From: Clostridia bacterium
Lineage (GTDB): Bacteria > Bacillota > Clostridia > UMGS1883
Reading direction: 5' to 3'
DNA length: 64,000 nucleotides
Assembly (NCBI GenBank): GCA_045594665.1
Contig: JAZNYX010000062.1
Coordinates: 98,460 to 162,459 of the forward strand
The notes beneath the pieces were generated by a model that saw only the letters and a list, made by a program, of their open reading frames with translations, was not told the DNA's origin and did no database searches. This document shows, piece by piece, positions 37,253 to 48,179 of the stretch (position 1 is its first letter; the number at the start of each line of letters is the position of its first letter). A program made the position numbers and the translations under genes.

Positions 37253-38524
37253 TTATTTGATTACTGTCTTTCCGCCCATATAAGGAACAAGTACTTCGGG
37301 AATGGTGATGCTTCCGTCCTCGTTCTGGTAATTTTCAAGGATTGCCGCCACAGTTCTTCCTACTGCAACACCGCTACCGTTAAGGGTATGAACAAACTGT
37401 GCTTTTCCGCCCTGTCCGTCCTTGTATTTGATATTTGCTCTTCTTGCCTGGAAGTCCTCGAAGTTACTGCATGAAGAAATCTCAACATATCTGTTGTAAG
37501 AGGGCATCCATACCTCTATATCATACTTCTTTGCCGCTGTAAAGCCAAGGTCTCCGATACAGATTTGTACTACTCTGTAGGGAAGTCCCAATCCCTGAAG
37601 AACCCTTTCCGCATCATTTGTAAGCTTTTCAAGCTCTTCATAGGAATCTTCGGGCTTTGTAAATTTAACAAGCTCTACCTTGTTGAACTGATGCTGGCGG
37701 ATAAGACCTCTTGTATCACGCCCTGCACTTCCTGCTTCTGCACGGAAGCAAGCGGTGTATGCAACGTGCTTTATGGGAAGCTGATTTCCGTCAAGAATCT
37801 GTTCACGGTACATATTTGTTACGGGAACCTCTGCAGTGGGAACAAGGAAATACTCCGTTCCCGCTACCTTAAACGCATCCTCCTCAAACTTGGGAAGCTG
37901 ACCTGTTCCCACCATAGAATTTCTATGCACCATAAAGGGAGGGAAAACCTCTGTATATCCGTGTTTTTCAGTATGTGTGTCAAGATAATAGTTAATAACG
38001 GCTCTTTCAAGTCTTGCACCGATATCCTTATAAACGGTGAAGCGTGCACCTGTAATTTTTGCGGCTGTGTCGGGGTCGAGAACGCCCAAATCCTTACCCA
38101 AATCCCAGTGCGCCTTAGGCTCAAAGCCGAAATTCTTAGGCTCACCGAACTTTCTGATTTCTATATTATCCTCATCTGTATCACCGTCGGGAACGGAATC
38201 ATGAGGAATATTGGGAATGGTAAGCATCATACGGTTAAGCTCGTCCTCAACCTCACGTACCTCGGCATCAAGAGACTTGATTTTTTCGGATATTTCTTTC
38301 ATTTCGGCAAAAACCGCAGTGGTGTCCTCGCCTGCTTTTTTCATGGCAGGGATTTTCTTTGTAACCTCATTCTGCTTCGCTTTAAGCCCCTCTACCTCAA
38401 CCAAAAGAGCACGTCTTTTATCGTCTGCGGCAATAACTGCATCAATATCAACGTTTTCCTTTCTTCTTCCGAGAGCAGCCTTAACCTTTTCGGTTTCTCC
38501 TCTGATAAGTTTAAGATCCAACAT
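37253..38524 (-). CDS. serS: seryl-tRNA synthetase
   Basis: 423 aa; N-terminal coiled-coil arm and class II aaRS motifs. Confidence 0.9.
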   Translation of the reverse strand: MLDLKLIRGETEKVKAALGRRKENVDIDAVIAADDKRRALLVEVEGLKAKQNEVTKKIPAMKKAGEDTTAVFAEMKEISEKIKSLDAEVREVEDELNRMMLTIPNIPHDSVPDGDTDEDNIEIRKFGEPKNFGFEPKAHWDLGKDLGVLDPDTAAKITGARFTVYKDIGARLERAVINYYLDTHTEKHGYTEVFPPFMVHRNSMVGTGQLPKFEEDAFKVAGTEYFLVPTAEVPVTNMYREQILDGNQLPIKHVAYTACFRAEAGSAGRDTRGLIRQHQFNKVELVKFTKPEDSYEELEKLTNDAERVLQGLGLPYRVVQICIGDLGFTAAKKYDIEVWMPSYNRYVEISSCSNFEDFQARRANIKYKDGQGGKAQFVHTLNGSGVAVGRTVAAILENYQNEDGSITIPEVLVPYMGGKTVIK

Positions 38525-38565
38525 TTACAAAACTTCCTTTCGTATTAAACGCCTTGCGGCCAATT

Positions 38566-39405
38566 TTAATTCAATATATCTACAATCCTTGTTAAATCAG
38601 CTACGGAATAAAACTCAATTTCAATTTTACCCTTACGATTTCCCTTTATACGTACCTTTGTTCCATATTTTTGGGACAAATCACGCTCTACATCGGGATA
38701 TACACTTTCCTTGCTTCCTCTTTTTTTCTTAGGCTCTGTCGGTTTTTCCTGTCCGAGAGCTTCGGCTTGTCTTACATTAAGCCCCTCGGAAATTATTCTC
38801 TTTGCCGCTTCCACGCGACCTTTTCCCTCAGGGAGAGAAAGAAGTGCTCTGGCATGTCCCATAGTAAGCTTATTTTGAGCAAGCATTTCCTTTATTTCAT
38901 CCTCCAAGGATAAAAGTCTTAGCATGTTTGCTATATTACTGCGGCTTTTTCCCACTCTTTCGCTTACCTTGTCCTGAGTCATTGAAAATCTGTCTATCAA
39001 TGTCTTATATCCCAGGGCTTCTTCTATGGGGTTAAGATCCTCTCTCTGTAAATTCTCAATGAGAGCTACCTCAGCTATCTGAATTTCATCATAAGTTCTG
39101 ATTATTGCAGGGATTTCTGATAAATTGGCAAGTTTACTCGCCCTCCATCTTCTTTCACCGGCTATAATGCTGTAATAACCGTTTTGCCCCGGTGTTACTA
39201 TAATGGGCTGAATTACTCCGTGTTCTGCAATTGAATTTGCAAGTGCCTGGAGCTGTTCTCGGTCAAAATTCTTTCTGGGCTGGTCACGCCTTGGCTCTAC
39301 GAGGCTTATTTTCAGCATTTTTACCTCGTCCTGTTTTGCCTCTTGTACGGCATCGCCACTGCGTGAAAAAAGCGCATCAAGCCCTTGTCCCAAAACTCTT
39401 TTCAT
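38566..39405 (-). CDS. parB: chromosome partitioning protein ParB/Spo0J
   Basis: MKRVLGQGLDALFS start, GERRWRAS motif and HTH. Confidence 0.9.
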   Translation of the reverse strand: MKRVLGQGLDALFSRSGDAVQEAKQDEVKMLKISLVEPRRDQPRKNFDREQLQALANSIAEHGVIQPIIVTPGQNGYYSIIAGERRWRASKLANLSEIPAIIRTYDEIQIAEVALIENLQREDLNPIEEALGYKTLIDRFSMTQDKVSERVGKSRSNIANMLRLLSLEDEIKEMLAQNKLTMGHARALLSLPEGKGRVEAAKRIISEGLNVRQAEALGQEKPTEPKKKRGSKESVYPDVERDLSQKYGTKVRIKGNRKGKIEIEFYSVADLTRIVDILN

Positions 39406-40186
39406 CTAAGCTCTCCTGCCCTTCTTTATTATTTTCGGCTACTTCGTCCGCCAGTTCCATATAGGCTGCGGCACCCTTTGACGATTCGTCATAGTATATA
39501 ACGGGTTTTCCGAATCCCGGTGCTTCGCTTATCCTCACATTTCTCGGGATAATAGTCTTATACACTTTTCCGGGGAAAAACCGCTTAACCTCATCAACAA
39601 CCTGTACCGCAAGGTTTGTCCTGGCGTCATACATGGTCATAACAATTCCCTCTATATATAAAGTGGGATTAAGGGCTTTTTTTATTCTTTTTACTGTTTC
39701 CACAAGCTGGCTTACTCCCTCCAGTGCGTAAAATTCACACTGAATGGGGATTATAATGCTGTTTGCCGCCGTTAAAGTATTTATTGTAATAAGTCCTAAT
39801 GAGGGCGGCGAATCAATAAGAATAAAATCATATTCATCTTTTACCGACTCAAGGCTTTCTTTAAGCCTGTTTTCCCGTCCCATTACGCTTATAAGCTCTA
39901 TTTCAGCACCCGAAAGGTCTAAGTTCGACGGACAGAGACTGAGGTTTTCATATTGGGTAGTAATTGCAGCTTCGCTCATGGGGGTTTCGTTTACAAGGCA
40001 ATCATACACGGTTTTTTCGCATCTTCTTTTATCTACACCAAGTCCGCTTGTGGAATTTCCCTGCGGGTCTATATCAATCAGCAAAACCTTTTTTCCCATC
40101 TTTGCAAGACCTGCCGCAAGATTAACCGTTGTGGTCGTTTTTCCAACGCCGCCTTTCTGATTTGCCACGGCTATTATTTTGCTCAA
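39377..40186 (-). CDS. parA: chromosome partitioning ATPase ParA/Soj
   Basis: KGGVGKTTT deviant Walker A. Confidence 0.9.
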   Translation of the reverse strand: MSKIIAVANQKGGVGKTTTTVNLAAGLAKMGKKVLLIDIDPQGNSTSGLGVDKRRCEKTVYDCLVNETPMSEAAITTQYENLSLCPSNLDLSGAEIELISVMGRENRLKESLESVKDEYDFILIDSPPSLGLITINTLTAANSIIIPIQCEFYALEGVSQLVETVKRIKKALNPTLYIEGIVMTMYDARTNLAVQVVDEVKRFFPGKVYKTIIPRNVRISEAPGFGKPVIYYDESSKGAAAYMELADEVAENNKEGQESLDEKSFGTRA

Positions 40187-40229
40187 TTCTGTCCCTCCTT
40201 TTTTCGTTTTCTACATTATAACACAAAAA

Positions 40230-40245
40230 TGTTTCACGTGAAACA
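40230..40245. promoter_or_regulatory. parS site (perfect TGTTTCACGTGAAACA)
   Basis: Exact consensus between soj and the noc-like gene. Confidence 0.85.
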
Positions 40246-40275
40246 CTTTTTTACGTTTTTTTCTAAAAAATACTA

Positions 40276-40291
40276 TGTTTCACGTGAAACA
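40276..40291. promoter_or_regulatory. parS site (perfect TGTTTCACGTGAAACA, within an extended palindrome actaTGTTTCACGTGAAACAtagt)
   Basis: Exact consensus. Confidence 0.85.
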
Positions 40292-40304
40292 TAGTATTTT
40301 TCTG

Positions 40305-41066
40305 TCATTTATACACCTTTATTGTGTATTCTATGCAATTTTCCGTCTCTTTTTCCTCCACATGCGTCCTTGCACCGTTTCTTTTAAGCAGATTTATCGT
40401 GTTTTTTACAGTGTTCTTATATAGAAGTGTATTTGCACCTTTCTTCTTTTCGTGCTTTTTTCTTTCTTTCCCTTCCTCTGAAAGCTCCCTTTGAATTTGC
40501 CGTACAAGCTGCAGTGTCTCCTTTTTGGTTAATTCCTGCTCTTTTATGGTTTCTATTACTTTCAGTCTACTTTCCTCATCATGAAGCTTGAGAATATCGG
40601 AAAGCATGTCCTCATTTATATTATATTCTTCTATTTTATAGCGTTCCTTTTCGGAAAAACGAAGAAGCTGTAGTTTTTTTCCTAACTGTGCGCCGTTTTC
40701 AAGAAAGAGGCTTATAATGCGTTCTTTTTTTAAGTTATGATAGGATAAAAGATTAAAAAATCCTTCTGCCTCCTCGTATTTGGTAAGATTTGTACGGCAT
40801 AGATTTTCCTCCAGGCTCATAACGGCACATTTGGAATCATTTGCTCTTATTATTATTGCAGGCACGCTCTCCATATTAACCATTCTTGCCGCAATAATTC
40901 TTCTTTGTCCACATATAATCTCATATCCGTTTAACGACGGTCTTAATACTACAGGGGAAATCATCCCCGAATTTTTTATTGACTGACAAAGAAAAAGAAG
41001 CTCTTTTTGGTTGAAGTTACAGCGTAATTGATAAGGATTTGGTAAAATGTCTTTTATATTAATCAT
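40305..41066 (-). CDS. ParB-like nucleoid-occlusion (Noc)-like paralogue
   Basis: ParB N-terminal domain carrying GQRR instead of the canonical GERRxRA. Sits in the Noc position between rsmG and soj. Lys/Glu-rich C-terminus. Confidence 0.6.
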   Translation of the reverse strand: MINIKDILPNPYQLRCNFNQKELLFLCQSIKNSGMISPVVLRPSLNGYEIICGQRRIIAARMVNMESVPAIIIRANDSKCAVMSLEENLCRTNLTKYEEAEGFFNLLSYHNLKKERIISLFLENGAQLGKKLQLLRFSEKERYKIEEYNINEDMLSDILKLHDEESRLKVIETIKEQELTKKETLQLVRQIQRELSEEGKERKKHEKKKGANTLLYKNTVKNTINLLKRNGARTHVEEKETENCIEYTIKVYK

Positions 41067-41220
41067 CTTTATCTTTTGACCACTACGTATCATCAGAAAA
41101 CTTCCTTTCGGCTAAAGCTTTATATTTCTTTTTCAATTTTATCATAAAAAAGACTTATAATAAATAGAAAGTTTTCGCCTTATTACAGGCATTTACGGCG
41201 TGTTTTCCTTTAATAGAACA

Positions 41221-41256
41221 AAAAAGACAACCCTTTAACAAAGGCTGTCTTTTTTC
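41221..41256. terminator. bidirectional terminator downstream of rsmG
   Basis: aaaaaagacaaccctttaacaaaggctgtctttttt. Confidence 0.6.
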
Positions 41257-41267
41257 GATTTATTTTT

Positions 41268-41972
41268 TTACCTGATTGGGCTTTTGCGCGGTGTTCCCGC
41301 TTTTCTCGGATACTTTGACGGAGTATTTTTTACCTTTTTTATAATTACAATACAGTGGTTAATTCCCGACGGAAGCGTAATTTCTTTTACGCTTTCAATT
41401 TCTCCGCCCATTTCTTTTATTGCTTTTTTTGCACCATTAATTTCTTCTTCGGGTGCATTTCCCTTCATTGCAACAAAATATCCGCCTAACCTTACAAAAG
41501 GCAGTGCATATTCCGATAAAACCGAAAGGTCTGCAACGGCTCTGGCGGTTGCTATGTCAAACTTTTCTCTTAAATCCTTGTTTTTTCCGCCGTCTTCTGC
41601 ACGCGAGTGGATTGCTCTTATTTTATCAAGTCCAAGCTCTCTTATAACATCATTTAAAAAGTTAATTCTTTTATTGAGAGAATCAAGCATTGTTACATCT
41701 AAATCCTCTCTTACGATTTTAACCGGCAGAGAGGGAAAGCCTGCTCCTGCACCGATGTCTATCAGACTGCATCCTTTTTCAAGCTTTTCACTAAGGAGCA
41801 AGGTTATTGAATCAAGAAAGTGCTTTTCTTTTACTTCTTCCGGCTCTGTTATGGCGGTTAAATTCATAAATTCATTATAATGAAGCAGCATTTTTGCGTA
41901 CTTTGCAAACATTTCATTTGCTTTTTCGCTGACCTCTATACCGAATTTTTTTGCTTCTTCTATAAGATTCAT
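41268..41972 (-). CDS. rsmG: 16S rRNA (guanine527-N7)-methyltransferase RsmG (GidB)
   Basis: 234 aa GidB-family methyltransferase. Confidence 0.9.
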   Translation of the reverse strand: MNLIEEAKKFGIEVSEKANEMFAKYAKMLLHYNEFMNLTAITEPEEVKEKHFLDSITLLLSEKLEKGCSLIDIGAGAGFPSLPVKIVREDLDVTMLDSLNKRINFLNDVIRELGLDKIRAIHSRAEDGGKNKDLREKFDIATARAVADLSVLSEYALPFVRLGGYFVAMKGNAPEEEINGAKKAIKEMGGEIESVKEITLPSGINHCIVIIKKVKNTPSKYPRKAGTPRKSPIR

Positions 41973-41984
41973 TCTTTCACCTTC

Positions 41985-43850
41985 TTACTTTCTTTCACTT
42001 GCAAGATATATTAGAAGTACGCCTATGTCTGCCGGGCTTACTCCGCTTATTCTGCTTGCTCTTCCTATATTTTCGGGACGCATTTTCTCAAGCTTTTGTC
42101 TTGCTTCCGTTCTGAGACCGTATACCTTTGAATAATCTATGTCCTCAGGAATCAGTTTTTTCTCATTTTTAGCGAATTTTTCCACCTGCTCAAACTGTCT
42201 TTTTATATATCCCTCATATTTTACGGCTATTTCCGCTTGTTGCCATTCCTCTTTTTTAAGAACAGGTCTTTCCTTATCAAATGGGGCGAGAGATTCATAG
42301 TCAAGCTCGGGTCTTCTTATTAATTCAGCTAATTTTATACCTGTTGAAAGGGTTTGACTTCCATTTTTTTCCAAATATTGGTTGATTTCCTTGCTTGGGG
42401 GTATATTTACGGAGTTTATTCTTTCAATTTCTTTTTCTATATTTGCTTTCTTTTCAAGGAATTTATTATATCTTTCCTCGGAAATAAGTCCTATTTCATG
42501 TCCCGTGGGAGTAAGACGCAGATCTGCATTATCCTGACGGAGCAAAAGCCTGTATTCAGCACGCGAGGTAAGCATTCTGTAAGGCTCGTTTGTACCCTTT
42601 GTCACCAAATCATCTATAAGAACACCTATATAAGCTTCGCTTCTGTCGAAAATAACAGGGGAGAGGCCCTTTAATTTTCTCGCAGCGTTTATACCTGCAA
42701 TAAGTCCCTGTGCCGCCGCTTCCTCGTAACCGCTGGTACCGTTAAACTGACCTGCTCCGTAGAGATTGGGGATTTCCCTCATTTCAAGGGAGGGTTTAAG
42801 CTGCAAGGGATTACAGCAATCGTACTCAATTGCATATGCACTTCGCATTATTTCAACGTTTTCCAAGCCTTCCATAGTTCTGAGCATTGAAAGCTGAACA
42901 TCTTCGGGAAGACTTGTGCTCATTCCCTGCAAATACATTTCCTCTGTCGTAAGTCCCATAGGCTCAATGAATACCTGATGGCGCTCACGGTCGCTGAAGC
43001 GCACCACCTTATCCTCAATTGAGGGACAGTATCTGGGACCCACACCGTCAATCAAGCCGTTAAAAAGAGGGCTTCTGTGCAGATTTTCTCTTATTATGTC
43101 ATGAGTTTTTGTATTTGTGTACGTAAGATAGCAGGAAACTTTATTTTCCGCCTTTTCCTCTGTTTCAAAGGAAAAGGGAATAATATCCTCGTCCCCCTCC
43201 TGAATTTCAAGCCTTGAAAAATCAATGCTTCTTCTGTGAACACGTGTGGGCGTACCGGTTTTAAAACGCATCATTTCCACGCCTAACTTTTGAAGGCTTT
43301 CGCTAAGACCGCTTGATGGGAAAAGCCCGTCAGGACCTCCGCTGTAGGCACATTCACCGATTATTATTTTTCCCTCCATATAAGTTCCCGTGGATAAAAT
43401 TACGCTTTTTGCGTAAAATTTTGTTCCCGTATGTATGGTAAGGACAAAATTTTCTCCGTCCTTTTCAACTGTCTTTACTTCTGCCTGCCTTATATAGAGA
43501 TTTTCCTGATTTTCCAGTCTTTTTTTCATCTCTATCTGATATGCACGCCTGTCAGACTGCGCACGAAGTGAATGAACGGCAGGGCCTTTTCTTAAATTCA
43601 ACATTCTTGTCTGAATTTTGGTAAGGTCGGCTACCTTTCCCATTTCTCCGCCGAGTGCATCTATTTCGCGAACAAGATGCCCCTTTGCAGTGCCTCCGAT
43701 TGAGGGGTTGCAGGGCATATTTGCAATTGAATCAAGGTTTATTGTGAGAATAATCGTTCTCATTCCCAGTCTTGCAGATGCAAGTGCAGCTTCACAGCCT
43801 GCATGCCCTGCTCCCACAACGGCTATATCAAAATTAAATGTGTTGTCCAT
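41985..43850 (-). CDS. mnmG: tRNA uridine-5-carboxymethylaminomethyl modification enzyme MnmG (GidA)
   Basis: 621 aa; FAD-binding [10 protein letters not shown]. Confidence 0.95.
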   Translation of the reverse strand: MDNTFNFDIAVVGAGHAGCEAALASARLGMRTIILTINLDSIANMPCNPSIGGTAKGHLVREIDALGGEMGKVADLTKIQTRMLNLRKGPAVHSLRAQSDRRAYQIEMKKRLENQENLYIRQAEVKTVEKDGENFVLTIHTGTKFYAKSVILSTGTYMEGKIIIGECAYSGGPDGLFPSSGLSESLQKLGVEMMRFKTGTPTRVHRRSIDFSRLEIQEGDEDIIPFSFETEEKAENKVSCYLTYTNTKTHDIIRENLHRSPLFNGLIDGVGPRYCPSIEDKVVRFSDRERHQVFIEPMGLTTEEMYLQGMSTSLPEDVQLSMLRTMEGLENVEIMRSAYAIEYDCCNPLQLKPSLEMREIPNLYGAGQFNGTSGYEEAAAQGLIAGINAARKLKGLSPVIFDRSEAYIGVLIDDLVTKGTNEPYRMLTSRAEYRLLLRQDNADLRLTPTGHEIGLISEERYNKFLEKKANIEKEIERINSVNIPPSKEINQYLEKNGSQTLSTGIKLAELIRRPELDYESLAPFDKERPVLKKEEWQQAEIAVKYEGYIKRQFEQVEKFAKNEKKLIPEDIDYSKVYGLRTEARQKLEKMRPENIGRASRISGVSPADIGVLLIYLASERK

Positions 43851-43884
43851 ATAAATGTCACCCTTCTTTTTTTAAATGAAATAT

Positions 43885-44063
43885 AGGGGATTGTTAAGGG
43901 GTTGCCCCTTGACATAAATTCTGTCAAAAACGGGGGCGTGTACCTCGTTTTTGACTCCTTGCAGGGGCTACTGCGGTGAGCGGTGCGTGAGCGAAAGCCC
44001 CTCTCTCGAAGCGAAATATTTTCGTAAGAAACTTTTCGCTTCGAAAGGATGGCGTTGCCATCC
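43885..44063 (+). repeat. ~180-bp hairpin-rich element, copy 1 (mnmE-mnmG spacer); inverted partner at 54533-54724
   Basis: ~92% identical to the reverse complement of 54533-54724. Contains hairpins aaggggttgcccctt, gacataaattctgtc, caaaaacg..cgtttttg, tcgaagcgaaa..tttcgcttcga and ggatggcgttgccatcc. Confidence 0.7.
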
Positions 44064-44067
44064 GCCT

Positions 44068-45408
44068 TTATTTTCCGAGACAGAATTTTTCAAATATCCT
44101 GTTTACAGTTTCCTGATTTATGCTTATTCCCTCGGCTTCTCCCAAAAATTCTATTGCATTACCTATGTCTATTGCCGCAAGGTCGCTGAAAAAGCCTTCC
44201 TCCATTGTTTTTATTGCCTTTTCAATGCTTTCATATGCCCTTACCACGGCTTCAAACTGTCTTTCATTTGCTATAAAAGCGGTGCTTTCCGTGTTTCCTA
44301 CTATGTCAGACACTGCTTTTTTAACCTTTTCTATACCGTCATTTTCCTTTGCACTGATTTCAATATACCCTTCTTTTCCCTTTTCGTCAAGGTCTTTTTT
44401 ATTTGCTACAAGAATATATTCTTTTTCTTTTATTCTTTCGAGGATTTCTTCTTCTTCCTTTGTTAAATCCCTGCCGCATTCCGTTACAAATATACATATA
44501 TCGGCATTTTTAATGTAGTCGTAGCTTAAATCCACACCTATTTTTTCAACTACGTCATCACTTTGGCGGATTCCTGCTGTATCCCCGAATTTTACGGGAA
44601 TGCCGTCTATATCGGCATATTCCTCTACCACATCACGGGTTGTGCCGGCAATATTTGTAACAATAGCTTTCTTTTTCTCCACAAGGGCATTAAGGAGCGA
44701 GCTTTTACCCGTATTGGGTATTCCGCATATGGCACAATTTATACCGCTGTTTAAAGCTTCGCCTCTCCTTGCGCTTTTCTTAAGTTCTGAAAGCTCATTT
44801 TTTATATTGCGGAGTTTTCCTGATAATTCTCCGCCTGCAAATGTATCAATATCTTCTTCGGGAAAATCGCTTGCAACCTGTATTGATGCCAATAAATCAA
44901 GAAGCTCCTCACGTATTTTTATAATAGGCTTTGTTATGCCGCCCTCAAGTCTGTTCACGGCGGCATAAAGTGCGGCGTCCGTCTTGGATTCTATAATATC
45001 GCTTACGGCTTCCGCCTGGGTGAGGCTCATTTTACCGTTTAAAAAGGCTCTTTTTGTAAACTCTCCCTTTTGAGCCATTGAGCAGCCTGCCTGAAGAAGT
45101 GCATCTATTATTCTTTCCACGCTGACGGGAGAACCGTGGCAGCTTATTTCACATACATTTTCCCCGGTGAAGGAATTGGGTGTTCTGAAAACACTTACCA
45201 ATACTTCATCTATTTCATTTTTTTCACACATTGCCTTTCCGTAAACAATGGTATATCCTTCGGCTTCGGTTATTTTTTTATTGGATTTTACAACTTTTTG
45301 TGTAATTTCAAGGGCTTTTTCGCCGCTTACTCTTATTACGGAAATTCCTCCTTTTCCACGTGGAGTGGAAAGAGCGCAAATTGTATTGTTTTCTATCATT
45401 TTTATCAC
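44068..45408 (-). CDS. mnmE: tRNA modification GTPase MnmE (TrmE)
   Basis: G-domain motifs (GIPNTGKSSL, DTAG) and C-terminal FCLGK. Confidence 0.95.
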   Translation of the reverse strand: MIKMIENNTICALSTPRGKGGISVIRVSGEKALEITQKVVKSNKKITEAEGYTIVYGKAMCEKNEIDEVLVSVFRTPNSFTGENVCEISCHGSPVSVERIIDALLQAGCSMAQKGEFTKRAFLNGKMSLTQAEAVSDIIESKTDAALYAAVNRLEGGITKPIIKIREELLDLLASIQVASDFPEEDIDTFAGGELSGKLRNIKNELSELKKSARRGEALNSGINCAICGIPNTGKSSLLNALVEKKKAIVTNIAGTTRDVVEEYADIDGIPVKFGDTAGIRQSDDVVEKIGVDLSYDYIKNADICIFVTECGRDLTKEEEEILERIKEKEYILVANKKDLDEKGKEGYIEISAKENDGIEKVKKAVSDIVGNTESTAFIANERQFEAVVRAYESIEKAIKTMEEGFFSDLAAIDIGNAIEFLGEAEGISINQETVNRIFEKFCLGK

Positions 45409-45527
45409 CTAAAAAATAAGAGGCAAAAGTATACTTCTCATAAGATTTTATCTTATAAGAAAGACCTTTCACCTCTTTCTTTCTTTATTTATTTGATTTT
45501 AATCACAATCCGAAAAGGCTCAAAAGT

Positions 45528-45648
45528 AGTACAGAATTCGCGAACAGAACCCTTTAGGGCTTGCCCGAAGGCGTACGTTGGTACGTCGAGGGTGAAGTTC
45601 GTGGATAGCAAAACGATTAAATTCAGAAATTCGCAATAGCGAATTTCT
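45528..45648 (+). ncRNA. family-1 structured element, copy B
   Basis: Nearly identical to copy A (cagaaTTCGCGAACagaa-[ccctttaggg]-cttgCCCGAAGG-[cgtacgttggtacg]-tCGAGGGTGAAG-TTCGTG-gaTAGCAAAACG), then hairpin gaaattcgcaatagcgaatttc. Confidence 0.55.
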
Positions 45649-45745
45649 TCATTAAACTATAAAAGTTTATTTGTAAACCTTTCAAAGAAAATCACTAAAC
45701 ATTTTTTCTTTTTCGTTTTGCGGTCTGTGCTGCTTTTCAGGCTTT

Positions 45746-46438
45746 TTACACGCCTTCAAGTTCGTTCTCTTTACGGTTATATCTGTACTTTGAAACGTAT
45801 CCTTCACCGTATTCTCTCTTTTTCGTTGTAATTACAACAGAGCGGTTGGGGTCTTTTCCCGTTGAATAAGTAGTTACGTTTCTGTATTCCTGAAGTGCAG
45901 AATGAATAATTCTTCTTTCGTTGGGGTTCATGGGATCAAGCGTTATGCTCTTTCTTGTTCTTGCCACAATGCCTGCCATTCTCTTTGCAAGCTTTATAAG
46001 AGTTTCTTCTCTTTTTCCGCGGTAATTTTCCGTATCGATAGTAACTCTGATGTAATTTTCCTCACCCTTATTTACAACCAAGGATGTGAGATACTGGAGG
46101 GCATCGAGAGTATCGCCTCTTCTTCCGATAACCTTTCCTACTTCCTCGCTGTCGCCGATGATTTCAATATTTACTGTTTCATCCTCATAAGAAGCCTTAA
46201 TTTCTACATCAATACCAAAACTTCCCATTACGCTTTTAACGTACTTTTCAGCTTTACTTAAAGGGGTTTCCTCCATTTTAACCCTTACCTTTGCTTCTTC
46301 GGAGCCGATTCCTAAAATACCGCGCTTTCCCTCGTTAATAACTTCGATTTCTACTTCTTCTTTTGTTACTCCGAGTTCTATAAGCGCCGCATTTACTGCA
46401 TCATCAATTGTTTTTGCGCTTTTTTCTATTATTATCAT
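45746..46438 (-). CDS. jag: Jag/SpoIIIJ-associated RNA-binding protein (KH and R3H domains)
   Basis: 230 aa in the conserved position downstream of yidC. Confidence 0.85.
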   Translation of the reverse strand: MIIIEKSAKTIDDAVNAALIELGVTKEEVEIEVINEGKRGILGIGSEEAKVRVKMEETPLSKAEKYVKSVMGSFGIDVEIKASYEDETVNIEIIGDSEEVGKVIGRRGDTLDALQYLTSLVVNKGEENYIRVTIDTENYRGKREETLIKLAKRMAGIVARTRKSITLDPMNPNERRIIHSALQEYRNVTTYSTGKDPNRSVVITTKKREYGEGYVSKYRYNRKENELEGV

Positions 46439-46439
46439 T

Positions 46440-47291
46440 TTATTTTTTTCCTTTCAGAGTTATTTCCGATTGTATTTTATTAGTTATAGCCTTGTTAATA
46501 ACTGTTTGCTGTAATAATTGCAATGCTGTTGATACAAACCAATAAAGTGACATTGCAATAGGCATCATAAATATGAAGAACAATGTCATTGCAGGCATCA
46601 TCCATATCATTGTATTTCCCATGCTTGCTGCCTGTTCGTTACCCTTGCTCTGGGCTTGCATCTGCTTTTTTGTAAGAAGTGAAGATGCAACCGTTGATAA
46701 AAATGCAAGTGCAGGGAACACCCACTGCATCAGATCTTTACTTCCCGAAGGAATCTGAGAAAGGTCAATTCCTAAAAGTTTAAAATTTATAGTATATCCC
46801 TTTATGGATTCAATCGCTTCTTTTACACCATTCATGCCGCAGATATTAACGTCCTGCCCTTTAATTTTTCTTACGGCATCAATCCATTCTTTATTCTGAC
46901 CAAGCTCTTTCATTTCTTTTATAATGCTTGCTTTGTCAAGCTGAAGAATACACTCGACGGGATTATAAATAACACCGATAAATCCGAAAAGAATAAGCAT
47001 CTGAAGAATAAGGGGGAGACATCCGCCCAAAGGGTTAACGTCATACTTCTTATAAATCTTCTGCATTTCTCTTGCAAGAGTATCACGGTCGTTTTTATAC
47101 TTATTTTGAAGCTTCATTATTTCAGGCTGAATAAGCTGTGTTTTCGTAGTATTTTTCTGACTTTTTATAGTAAGCGGAATTGTGAGAAGTCTTACAAGTA
47201 TTGTAGCTACTATAAGCGTAATACCGTAGTTACCTATTAAGTTATAAATAGGTCTTATTATAAAAGCCAGCGGATCTTTTAAAATGTACAT
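46440..47291 (-). CDS. yidC: membrane protein insertase YidC/SpoIIIJ (Oxa1 family)
   Basis: Signal/lipobox-like N-terminus, 5 transmembrane helices, Lys-rich C-terminal tail. Likely start is MYILKDP at 47291. Confidence 0.9.
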   Translation of the reverse strand: MYILKDPLAFIIRPIYNLIGNYGITLIVATILVRLLTIPLTIKSQKNTTKTQLIQPEIMKLQNKYKNDRDTLAREMQKIYKKYDVNPLGGCLPLILQMLILFGFIGVIYNPVECILQLDKASIIKEMKELGQNKEWIDAVRKIKGQDVNICGMNGVKEAIESIKGYTINFKLLGIDLSQIPSGSKDLMQWVFPALAFLSTVASSLLTKKQMQAQSKGNEQAASMGNTMIWMMPAMTLFFIFMMPIAMSLYWFVSTALQLLQQTVINKAITNKIQSEITLKGKK

Positions 47292-47316
47292 ATTTTCTCT
47301 CCTTTTAGTATTCCTT

Positions 47317-47529
47317 TTAAGGAACCGGGTCATATCCGCCTTTGCAAAACGGATTGCATCTTAAAATTCTTCTTACAGACAAATAAAGCCCCTTTATAAC
47401 ACCATGCTTTCTAAATGCTTCCAAAGCATATTCAGAGCATGTGGGCGTAAAGCGGCAACAAGGTTTTTTAAGCGGTGAAATATATTTTCTGTAAAATTTT
47501 ATTAAACCTATAAAAACGTTCTTAATCAA
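47317..47529 (-). CDS. yidD: membrane protein insertion efficiency factor YidD
   Basis: 70 aa; [23 protein letters not shown] signature. Confidence 0.9.
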   Translation of the reverse strand: MIKNVFIGLIKFYRKYISPLKKPCCRFTPTCSEYALEAFRKHGVIKGLYLSVRRILRCNPFCKGGYDPVP

Positions 47530-47857
47530 TTAAATTCAGCCCGCTTTCTCCAAGCGCACCTTCTAAATCTCTCCCAATTTCATGAAATGTTGCCTTAGCA
47601 CTGCTTGTGCGTGCCACCAAAACCAAATCATATCCTTGGGGTATACCTTGCAAAAGTCTGTAATTTTCTTTTAAAAGCCTTCTTACTCTGTTTCTTGTAA
47701 CGGCACATCCCACCTTTGGAGAAACCGTTATACCCAGTCTTGTAAAAGAATATCTGTTCTTTCTGTAATATAAAACCAGTCTCTTTTTTACAACTGATTT
47801 TCCTCTGTAATAAAGTCTTTTAAAATCGCTGTTTTCTTTGATGGAAATAATTTTCAT
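47522..47857 (-). CDS. rnpA: ribonuclease P protein component
   Basis: 111 aa, basic; [24 protein letters not shown] motif. Confidence 0.9.
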   Translation of the reverse strand: MKIISIKENSDFKRLYYRGKSVVKKRLVLYYRKNRYSFTRLGITVSPKVGCAVTRNRVRRLLKENYRLLQGIPQGYDLVLVARTSSAKATFHEIGRDLEGALGESGLNLID

Positions 47858-47984
47858 TTTAATTCATTTTGTGTTCTTTCCGCAAAATAAAATCTTTTAT
47901 TCCATTAAATGTATTTATGCCGGGCGGCATTAAAACCGCCCGAAGCATACTTTTACATTTTAAAAGGAATCCTTAAAAGATTAA

Positions 47985-48119
47985 TTACGCAGAAAGTACA
48001 CGTCTGCCTCTCTGACGGCGTCTTCTGAGAACCTTTCTTCCGTTAGCGGTACTCATTCTTTTTCTGAAACCGTGATCCTTTTTTCTCTTTCTTACATTAG
48101 GCTGATAAGTTCTGAGCAT
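47985..48119 (-). CDS. rpmH: 50S ribosomal protein L34
   Basis: Manual translation gives [44 protein letters not shown] (44 aa). Below the ORF-track cutoff. Confidence 0.95.
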   Translation of the reverse strand: MLRTYQPNVRKRKKDHGFRKRMSTANGRKVLRRRRQRGRRVLSA

Positions 48120-48179
48120 CTTGTGCACCTCCTTAAATTTATAAAGCCCTTATGGGGCATTCTACCATAACGATACCAA

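Noticed and set aside
38525-38565. T-box riboswitch upstream of serS
   Set aside because: Only 41 nt separate serS from parB, and there is no AGGGTGGNACCGCG T-box sequence anywhere upstream.
43951-44466. ORFs 43951-44466(+) and 54341-54643(-) encoding near-identical peptides MTPCRGY(C/R)GERC...
   Set aside because: They are translations of the two copies of the ~180-bp inverted repeat, not genes. The match simply reflects nucleotide identity of the repeat.
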